From the sequence record NC_048016.1: a stretch of DNA of 64,000 nucleotides, one strand, 5' to 3'. The notes beneath the pieces were generated by a model. That model saw only the letters and a program-made list of their open reading frames with translations, made no database searches and was not told where the DNA came from. Each line of letters opens with the position of its first letter. The stretch's first letter is position 1. The position numbers and the translations under genes are program-made. Of this stretch, positions 1 through 5,914 are shown piece after piece.

Positions 1-249
1 ATGAACTTGTATTTGCTGAAACGACTTGATTCCGTTGACTACGATGAGTTTGATTCCATAGTCGTGGCTGCCTCTAACCGGGGTGCCGCGCGGGTAACTC
101 GTCCGGCGTTCGGACATTGGACTAGCTCTGGCTGTTATGAAGACGACTGTGACGGTAGCTGCGAAGAGGGCATTCGCCTGAGCGTTACTTGTATCGGTCG
201 GACTGACTTGCCAGCGGGCGTTATCCATGAGTCATTTTGTGCAGGCTAG
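1..249 (+). CDS. Small hypothetical phage protein (82 aa)
   Basis: ATG at 1, stop at 249, followed by a hairpin. The YDEFDSIVVAA...IG...GVI..SF.AG pattern resembles a common family of uncharacterised phage proteins. Confidence 0.7.
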   Translation: MNLYLLKRLDSVDYDEFDSIVVAASNRGAARVTRPAFGHWTSSGCYEDDCDGSCEEGIRLSVTCIGRTDLPAGVIHESFCAG

Positions 250-254
250 ATAAC

Positions 255-272
255 GGTGGGCTTCGGCCCACC
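255..272 (+). terminator. Hairpin, weak terminator or processing signal
   Basis: GGTGGGC-TTCG-GCCCACC with a weak U-tract. Confidence 0.55.
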
Positions 273-301
273 AATCTCTTGACTCTCTTTTCGAGACTCG
301 A

Positions 302-472
302 ATGAAATTGAAGACCAAGTTGTATATCGCGGCGGCATTGTTTTTCATGCTGCTCGGTCACTTTGTTGGCCGAATCATGACACTGTTCGGTATCGTCATC
401 GCTATCGGCTTTGTTGTCGTTCTGGCTTGGCCTGTCATCAAACGCTTCTTGCCTAACCGTAAGCGCGTCTGA
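302..472 (+). CDS. Small membrane protein (56 aa), absent from the ORF track
   Basis: Manual translation: MKLKTKLYIAAALFFMLLGHFVGRIMTLFGIVIAIGFVVVLAWPVIKRFLPNRKRV. Long hydrophobic core with basic ends. Confidence 0.65.
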   Translation: MKLKTKLYIAAALFFMLLGHFVGRIMTLFGIVIAIGFVVVLAWPVIKRFLPNRKRV

Positions 473-533
473 TACGTACTGGGGTCGTTCCCTCCGTACG
501 CACTCTCTCAATCATCTAAGGTATAAATCAATC

Positions 534-1364
534 ATGAGAAAGTTACTCATTGGGGTATTGGCATTTTTAAGCTTTTCGGTCATGGCGGGCGAGAACGTCA
601 TCATCACCACAGGCCAGCAGGGTCTGACGTATAACTCCGTGTACGGGGTGAACTTAGCCGGTGCGTTGGCCGAGTTCGGTAACAAGTCGCAGGTCGTCCC
701 GTCCAAAGGGTCGCTGGATAACCTCGACAAAGTCGCGGCGAATGAAGCACAGGTTGGCTTCACGCAGGCAGATGCATTCCAGTTCTGGCGCGCTAAGCAC
801 CCGAACGAAGCGCAGAACGTAGACATCGTTGGCCAGTTAGCCCGCGAATGTGTCTGGGTAGCTGTGAAGCAGGATGGCAAAATTGGTAAAGCCGAAGAGC
901 TGACTAACGGTGCGAAGATTGCGGTCGGTGAACCCGATAGTGGCTCGTACGCCAGTTGGCAGTATCTGCAGCAACTGGTAAAAGAATACGGTAAAGCTGA
1001 GACCTACGCCAAAGGCGGTATCCGTTCACTGGCCAAAGTGGCAACCGGTGAATACGATGCATTCCTGTGGGTGTCGGCTCCGGGCAAACCCAATAAGTTT
1101 CTGGATGCGGTCAACCAAGACGGCTCTGGCTTAAAACTGATTGATATGTCCACGTGGAACGTGAACGACAAACTGCCGAACGGCCAGTCTGTGTACACCA
1201 AAGAGTCTGCTAAGGTGAATAACAACATCTGGAATAGCTCGGTGGATGTTCCGTGCACCACGACGCTCGTTGTTGCCAACAACAACAGTAGCGAAGACCT
1301 GCTTGAAGCGGTGTCGACGATTCTGCTGAAGAATCAGTCCCGTGTCCTCGGCACTGCGAAATAG
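534..1364 (+). CDS. TAXI-family TRAP transporter solute-binding protein (276 aa, signal peptide)
   Basis: Signal peptide MRKLLIGVLAFLSFSVMA-G. Motifs ITTGQQGLTY, SKGSLDNL..V...AQVGFTQADA and KIAVGEPDSGSYA match TAXI SBPs. Confidence 0.85.
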   Translation: MRKLLIGVLAFLSFSVMAGENVIITTGQQGLTYNSVYGVNLAGALAEFGNKSQVVPSKGSLDNLDKVAANEAQVGFTQADAFQFWRAKHPNEAQNVDIVGQLARECVWVAVKQDGKIGKAEELTNGAKIAVGEPDSGSYASWQYLQQLVKEYGKAETYAKGGIRSLAKVATGEYDAFLWVSAPGKPNKFLDAVNQDGSGLKLIDMSTWNVNDKLPNGQSVYTKESAKVNNNIWNSSVDVPCTTTLVVANNNSSEDLLEAVSTILLKNQSRVLGTAK

Positions 1365-1379
1365 TTATCTGACAATACG

Positions 1380-1951
1380 GCCGATGTGGGCTGATATCCC
1401 CATCGCGACGGAACGCGAGATTGCTGTTATCGCGAAGCGTAGACCGCAAGCAGACCCGTAAGCCTTGCGCAGCCGGGACACACAAAGCACTATTGCTCCG
1501 GCGGTAGGTGTCCCGTCCGTTCACAACTTATTCGATGAGCGAAACATGATAAGAGCCTTTGTGCAACATGCTCTTGGCCTTCTTCGGAATGTCATCAGCA
1601 ACCTGCGCATCTGGAGGCTCGATACTTATTGGTTATCAGGCTGTGGGACTGTACGCCATAAACCTTTTTCAGGACGCAAGTCCTCAACTCCGGCGCACGT
1701 CGTGAAGGACGAAGGTCAAGCACCGGCCCATTAAGCCGACTCGCTGACAAAAGCAACCTTCACCCACAATTTGAAAATAACTGATGGGATTGAGTTCCCA
1801 GATGCGAAAGAGTAGCTGTGTGCTACTGAGCACCTCCCCGGGACTGCTAAGCAGCGGGGGAATAGGGCCAACAGGAAAGTAATCGGAGGGGATGGCTCGA
1901 GAGACATTAGCCCGCGGGCACTGTTACTCACGACCTGCATCCCCTCCTGTT
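1380..1951 (+). ncRNA. Candidate large structured ncRNA (or 2-3 adjacent RNAs)
   Basis: No credible CDS. Helices include 1606-1614/1798-1806, 1885-1894/1938-1947 and AGGAC-GCAA-GTCCT, plus a loop-to-downstream pseudoknot. Confidence 0.6.
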
Positions 1952-1975
1952 TAAAGATGAGTTAGTATATATGTT

Positions 1976-2051
1976 GCAGGCATAGCTCAGTTGGTAGAGC
2001 ATCTGATTTCCAATCAGAGGGTCGTCAGTTCGAACCTGACTGTCTGCTCCA
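1976..2051 (+). tRNA. tRNA-Gly(TCC)
   Basis: Acceptor GCAGGCA/TGTCTGC, anticodon arm TCTGA-TTTCCAA-TCAGA, T-loop TTCGAAC, U73, encoded CCA. Confidence 0.96.
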
Positions 2052-2150
2052 GAAATGTAATTACAGGTTTACACTGTATTATGTACAAGACATGTGCGCT
2101 TAGCTAAACTGTTGCAAAAATAACAGGTTATCTCAGTACATATGTGCAAT

Positions 2151-2233
2151 GGTTGTGTCACGTTGGCGTGAGTTGGGTTTACGGCAGGCAAACGGACGTA
2201 AGCTCTTCGTGGTTCAATTCCACAGCACAGCCC
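2151..2233 (+). ncRNA. tRNA-like RNA without a canonical anticodon arm
   Basis: Acceptor GGTTGTG/CACAGCC, D-like TCACG-TTGG-CGTGA, T-arm GTGG-TTCAATT-CCAC. A 9-bp stem with a 13-nt loop replaces the anticodon arm. No CCA. Confidence 0.6.
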
Positions 2234-2255
2234 TCTTGTTATGTAAAAGAATTCT

Positions 2256-2340
2256 GGCGGGTTACTCAAGCGGCAACGAGAGCAGACTGTAAATCTGTTG
2301 ACTTCGGTCTTCGGTGGTTCGAGTCCACCACACGCCACCA
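2256..2340 (+). tRNA. tRNA-Tyr(GTA)
   Basis: Anticodon arm GCAGA-CTGTAAA-TCTGT, long variable arm, TTCGAGT, CCA. G5-A68 mismatch in the acceptor. Confidence 0.94.
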
Positions 2341-2345
2341 GTTAT

Positions 2346-2420
2346 ACACCCATCGTCTAGCGGTTAGGACCGCTGCCTTTCGAGCAGTTAACCGGGGTTC
2401 AAATCCCCGTGGGTGTACCA
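2346..2420 (+). tRNA. tRNA-Glu(TTC) copy 1
   Basis: Acceptor ACACCCA/TGGGTGT, anticodon arm GCTGC-CTTTCGA-GCAGT, CCA. Confidence 0.93.
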
Positions 2421-2423
2421 AAC

Positions 2424-2499
2424 ATTCCCGTCATCTAGTTGGTAAGGATACGACACTTTCACTGTCGGTACACGAGTTCGAGTCTCGTCGGGAATACCA
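2424..2499 (+). tRNA. tRNA-Glu(TTC) copy 2
   Basis: Acceptor ATTCCCG/CGGGAAT, anticodon arm CGACA-CTTTCAC-TGTCG, CCA. Confidence 0.94.
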
Positions 2500-2509
2500 A
2501 ACACAAGAC

Positions 2510-2601
2510 CGTAACCCTGCGGTGTGGTTAGTCGCCACTACTAGCGGTTACGCGATGCCCACTGCTGCGGGGTGTGTGATAGTGAGGTGGTTGACCCCAC
2601 C
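2510..2601 (+). ncRNA. Structured inter-tRNA element with two T-arm-like hairpins
   Basis: CGTAACC/GGTTACG helix enclosing GTGG-TTAGTCG-CCAC, plus GGTGG-TTGACC-CCACC. Confidence 0.4.
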
Positions 2602-2622
2602 AAGCGAGCAGCGAGCAATTTT

Positions 2623-2698
2623 AGGGAAGTAGTTCAATTGGTAGAGCGTCGGTCTCCAAAACCGGTTGTTGGAGGTTCGAGTCCTCTCTTCCCTGCCA
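2623..2698 (+). tRNA. tRNA-Trp(CCA)
   Basis: Acceptor AGGGAAG/CTTCCCT, anticodon arm TCGGT-CTCCAAA-ACCGG, G73, CCA. Confidence 0.96.
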
Positions 2699-2704
2699 AA
2701 CAGT

Positions 2705-2781
2705 AGGACTGTAGCTCAGACGGTTAGAGTGCCGCCCTGTCACGGCGGAGGTCGCGGGTTCGAAACCCGTCAGTCCTGCCA
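2705..2781 (+). tRNA. tRNA-Asp(GTC)
   Basis: Acceptor AGGACTG/CAGTCCT, anticodon arm CCGCC-CTGTCAC-GGCGG, CCA. Confidence 0.96.
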
Positions 2782-2786
2782 TATCT

Positions 2787-2876
2787 GGAGAATTGGATGA
2801 GTGGCTTAAGTCGCTCCCCTGCTAAGGGAGTGTATCCGAAAGGGTACCGTTGGTTCGAATCCAACATTCTCCGCCA
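2787..2876 (+). tRNA. tRNA-Ser(GCT)
   Basis: Acceptor GGAGAAT/ATTCTCC, anticodon arm CTCCC-CTGCTAA-GGGAG, long variable arm, CCA. Confidence 0.96.
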
Positions 2877-2882
2877 TTACAA

Positions 2883-3038
2883 TGACACCCGCACCTCAAA
2901 ACCCTGGGTATTGCACCCAGAAAAAGAGTGCTGGCAGCCAATAAAGGCATCCGTTAGTAACCGTAGCCTTCGGGCGTAGATGGTGAAGACCGCCAAGTGC
3001 AGCCTTTAGAACTCCGTGGGATTCGGAGGGGTGTCACC
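2883..3038 (+). ncRNA. ~155-nt tRNA-framed structured RNA
   Basis: Terminal stem TGACACCC/GGGTGTCA stacked on CTCCG-TGGGATT-CGGAG. Internal helices CTGGGT/ACCCAG, TAAAGGC/GCCTTTA and GCC-TTCG-GGC. Confidence 0.65.
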
Positions 3039-3064
3039 TACACACGTTAAAAGGATCATCCTCC

Positions 3065-3160
3065 TTGGGCGAAACCAATGGGCGCGCGGGGTGTATAGTC
3101 TGGGGCAAAGCAATCCCAGATGAGTCGTCTGACGTTAACTCGTCAGGGGGCAAGCGGCCA
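3065..3160 (+). ncRNA. Second structured domain between tRNA-Ser and the pseudo-tRNA
   Basis: Hairpins TTGG-GCGAAA-CCAA, TCTGGG/CCCAGA and CTGACG-TTAACT-CGTCAG; ends in GGCCA. Confidence 0.4.
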
Positions 3161-3169
3161 CACAATTTC

Positions 3170-3245
3170 TCAACGGTAAGCAAAACTGTGATGCACTGTG
3201 CTCGCGAACAGATTAGGTGGGTTAGAATCCCATAACCGTTGACCC
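3170..3245 (+). pseudogene. Degenerate tRNA or tRNA-like element, identity unassignable
   Basis: TCAACGGT/ACCGTTGA acceptor, T-arm GTGGG-TTAGAAT-CCCAT, CTGT/ACAG stem with 8-nt loop GCTCGCGA. D-loop lacks GG; ends in CCC. Confidence 0.6.
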
Positions 3246-3251
3246 TTTTAT

Positions 3252-3327
3252 TGGTGATTAGTTCAGTCGGTAGAACAGTGGACTGTTAATCCATATGTCG
3301 CAGGTTCGATTCCTGCATCACCAGCCA
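3252..3327 (+). tRNA. tRNA-Asn(GTT)
   Basis: Acceptor TGGTGAT/ATCACCA, anticodon arm GTGGA-CTGTTAA-TCCAT, CCA. Confidence 0.96.
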
Positions 3328-3332
3328 CCTTT

Positions 3333-3757
3333 GCTCTGAGATAACTGTGAATGGCATTCCGGAAAAATTTCATTCAACCTAACACGTGCGGTCGTCTCAG
3401 CGCAAAACCCTTTCGGGATAGTGAACCCTGCAGACCGGTGTGCTTGCATATCGGGTGTCCGCTATCCCGGACCTAATACAGACAGAAGCCGAATAGGTTT
3501 TTCTACTGCACATACGCCCAGAGCCATTACGGGCTTTTGTCTGTACCAAATAGGGCATGGAGAGAGGTTGGTGATAATAGGCCGCCCTGTCTGTGTCCGT
3601 CCCCGTTTGTCGGGTAGGTAGTTCGCTTCCCCCCAAGGATGCTAGCTGTGTCAGCCTGCCCGGCAATCCAAATTAGCGCGCTTGCTAATGAGTGTCTGAA
3701 CCTGACCCGTCGGATACTGCCCAGGTAGTTAGAAAGACTTCGACCACACCAGGGTAC
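3333..3757 (+). ncRNA. Candidate ~430-450-nt multi-domain structured ncRNA
   Basis: No credible CDS. 14-bp helix 3477-3490/3532-3545, CGGGATAG/CTATCCCG, CTGAGA/TCTCAG, GTGTCCG/CGGATAC, GGGTAGG/CCTGCCC. Confidence 0.62.
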
Positions 3758-3798
3758 CCCCTCTCCGTTTTGGAGAGGGGAATACTCTATTTTATTTC
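3758..3798 (+). terminator. Terminator closing the RNA island
   Basis: CCCCTCTCC-GTTTT-GGAGAGGGG followed by an AT/U-rich tail. Confidence 0.7.
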
Positions 3799-3802
3799 GG
3801 AT

Positions 3803-3819
3803 AGATATTATCTCTGTGA
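3803..3819 (+). promoter_or_regulatory. Putative early promoter motif AGATATTAT-N5-TGA
   Basis: One of 8 copies of the motif in the window. Confidence 0.7.
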
Positions 3820-3866
3820 ACGAAGATGTATTCACTTTAATCGACTGATCACAGAGGCCAGTAAAA

Positions 3867-4922
3867 ATGAAAAATCGTCACTTCAGTAATACCCGCAACG
3901 GTGCACCTAAGATTGATGCACTGAGCAGCTTGCAAGGCTTAGGCTACACAGCACTCCAGGCAAAGAATATTCGCATGTGGCTTCCTCGCCAGTTCGGCAT
4001 GGGTGGTCTGGCATTACCTCGGGCTAACTACGAGTTCTGGAAAGCCTACGAGATTGTCAAGGACATGCAGCAGTACCGCAAGACCAATGCCCTCTCTTTA
4101 CAATTCGCGGGCTACGCAAAGGGCCGTACCGTATTCCAGTTCACGGATAACGAGTTCTTGGAGTACCGCAGTCCGACACTGCACTCAACGGTGTGGTCAT
4201 TGGAGTTTGTGCGTCACTTTGGTAACGGCCTGTGGCGTAGTAGCACGGATGCCTTTGAAGGTGGTCCACGCCAGCTTGAGTACATCGGGGATAACCTGCG
4301 TTTGAAGCGTGGCGAGTTGGCAACCCGTATCGTGGAGATGGAAGCCACACAGACGGTGTACGACCTTAACGCAGACGGCGGCTACTTACCCCGTAACCTC
4401 GAACGCTACACCGAGAACGCGCGTGAGTCCATCGCTACGCTGTTCACCATGGCAGCGGTGTGTCACAGTAACCTGACGCTGAAAAGCGGCTGGAACCTCA
4501 ACCCAGAGCGTCTGTGTTTCACCAAGTACCAGCACTGCGATTCACATCGCTTAGCGTTTGCCATCGGTAAACTCTGTGAGCTTTACCCACAGAAGGAGCA
4601 GTCGATTCGCAGTCACGTGATTCGGATTATGCAGACCCCGAACCACATTCAACTGATGAACGATGACTTTATCCCCGGGGTGTATCATGAAGGTGGAAAC
4701 GTACTCGCGGTGGAACAACCAAATTTCGTTCTCAGTCCCGCCGGGAGTTTTATTCCGAGTGCCTTACAAGGAAGTCTGCCTGCCTTCTTTGTGAACCTAC
4801 CTTTCGCGTACGGGCCAAGCACCACCATCAACAAGCCGATGTTGTTTGTACCGAAAGAGTTGCGGGACGCCCACACCGAAGAAGAGTGGATTCTCGGTGC
4901 TCGCTTGTTCTTTAAACTGTAA
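3867..4922 (+). CDS. Hypothetical protein (351 aa)
   Basis: Long ORF bounded by the promoter motif and a terminator; no family recognised. Confidence 0.9.
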   Translation: MKNRHFSNTRNGAPKIDALSSLQGLGYTALQAKNIRMWLPRQFGMGGLALPRANYEFWKAYEIVKDMQQYRKTNALSLQFAGYAKGRTVFQFTDNEFLEYRSPTLHSTVWSLEFVRHFGNGLWRSSTDAFEGGPRQLEYIGDNLRLKRGELATRIVEMEATQTVYDLNADGGYLPRNLERYTENARESIATLFTMAAVCHSNLTLKSGWNLNPERLCFTKYQHCDSHRLAFAIGKLCELYPQKEQSIRSHVIRIMQTPNHIQLMNDDFIPGVYHEGGNVLAVEQPNFVLSPAGSFIPSALQGSLPAFFVNLPFAYGPSTTINKPMLFVPKELRDAHTEEEWILGARLFFKL

Positions 4923-4928
4923 TACGAG

Positions 4929-4954
4929 AAAGAGCCTGCGGGCTCTTTTTTTTT
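4929..4954 (+). terminator. Intrinsic terminator
   Basis: AGAGCC-TGCG-GGCTCT plus a T run. Confidence 0.85.
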
Positions 4955-4960
4955 CTTTTT

Positions 4961-4988
4961 TTACTTCATGCATGATTTCTTATAGAAG
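4961..4988 (+). promoter_or_regulatory. Putative middle promoter motif TTAC-N16-TATAG
   Basis: Same arrangement at 5409, 11299 and 43541-43565 (minus strand). Confidence 0.5.
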
Positions 4989-5004
4989 GCGATAGGAGAC
5001 CTCA

Positions 5005-5403
5005 ATGCAAACCACATCTAGCTTTTTCGAATTACTTGAAAAGGGCATCAAGCCAAACGACTTTATCGAACGTTCACGTATCGACGAGATTCACTCTGAC
5101 GTCATGGAAGTCATGGGCAGTCTGCCTATGTTCCAGAGTTGGATTGCAAGCCTAAAGCTCAGCGATGAGATGGCAATGCGTGACGGGGCCGATGTGCCTG
5201 TTTATACCACACAGTACAATATTTCCACCGCCGAAGCCGGTGCAATGCGCAATAACCCGAAAGTGGGTTTACGTTTCTTTGCGTCCATGGCACAGGCGTT
5301 GGTCGATCGTGCGATTCCTTGTGATGAAGTTTTTGCTATCGTAACAGACTGCATCCATTCCTTGGCCTACGCTACGGGTAACCGTATCGAGAACGTCCAC
5401 TAA
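5005..5403 (+). CDS. Hypothetical protein (132 aa)
   Basis: RBS AGGAG, ATG start. Confidence 0.85.
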   Translation: MQTTSSFFELLEKGIKPNDFIERSRIDEIHSDVMEVMGSLPMFQSWIASLKLSDEMAMRDGADVPVYTTQYNISTAEAGAMRNNPKVGLRFFASMAQALVDRAIPCDEVFAIVTDCIHSLAYATGNRIENVH

Positions 5404-5408
5404 GTTTT

Positions 5409-5432
5409 TTACGGCACCCGGTCTCATTATAG
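5409..5432 (+). promoter_or_regulatory. Putative middle promoter motif TTAC-N15-TATAG
   Basis: Recurrent motif. Confidence 0.5.
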
Positions 5433-5471
5433 GGAAGTGTGTGCTGTAGCTTCTCTCAAGGAGACCTTATC

Positions 5472-5858
5472 ATGAGCATCAAAGTTCGACCGATGGACGT
5501 TATACGCGCCCATCCGGATTCTTTGGCTAATATTGAGCCAACGTCAGAACTGGACAAAGAACTCCTGAATTCTATTCAGTGGGGTTTTGCTTTGCACCCA
5601 GATGAAGCTGACAATACCCATCCAATGGAAATCCCGAAAGGGTCAACCATTGACTGGTCTGAAACAGACAATTGTGAAGACGTTACCCAATTCGTACGTC
5701 AAGCAACTGTGCCCCCGCGGTATCCTATCGCCGGTGCGGCAGAGCACGTTATCTCCCTGCGTCGCGTTATCAACGCGCAGGAGGCAATCGTGCGTGAGGG
5801 CGTGGCGTGGCAGCATGGCACCACTGCACACCTTAAAGATATCTTTCAGCCCGGTTAA
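5472..5858 (+). CDS. Hypothetical protein (128 aa)
   Basis: RBS AAGGAG before ATG 5472; terminator follows. Confidence 0.85.
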   Translation: MSIKVRPMDVIRAHPDSLANIEPTSELDKELLNSIQWGFALHPDEADNTHPMEIPKGSTIDWSETDNCEDVTQFVRQATVPPRYPIAGAAEHVISLRRVINAQEAIVREGVAWQHGTTAHLKDIFQPG

Positions 5859-5863
5859 GTGAT

Positions 5864-5890
5864 ACCCTGCTCACTGGGCAGGGTTTTCTT
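5864..5890 (+). terminator. Intrinsic terminator
   Basis: ACCCTGCTC/GGGCAGGGT plus TTTTCTT. Confidence 0.75.
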
Positions 5891-5914
5891 ATTTCTACTG
5901 ACCGAGGAGTGTTT

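Noticed and set aside
411-533. Upstream extension of the TAXI ORF
   Set aside because: The signal peptide starts at ATG 534, and the extension overlaps the 302-472 gene.
1527-1553. Hammerhead-like string TCGATGAG-CGAAAC
   Set aside because: The core reads UCGAUGA instead of CUGAUGA, there is no stem II, and no GUH cleavage triplet follows.
1872-1880. RNase P-like GGAAAGT
   Set aside because: It lacks the following CC and the 3' P4 partner (ACAGAA...GGCUUA).
1380-3780. Group I/II intron or tmRNA identity for the large RNAs
   Set aside because: No P7 R/S pair, no domain V, no G3-U70 acceptor or tag-like ORF, and no interrupted host gene found by eye. cmscan is still needed.
1210-3889. ORF-track entries over the RNA island (e.g. 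1465-1734, 2144-2632, 3397-3666, 3527-3835)
   Set aside because: They overlap tRNAs or helical RNA, lack RBSs and have non-protein-like composition.
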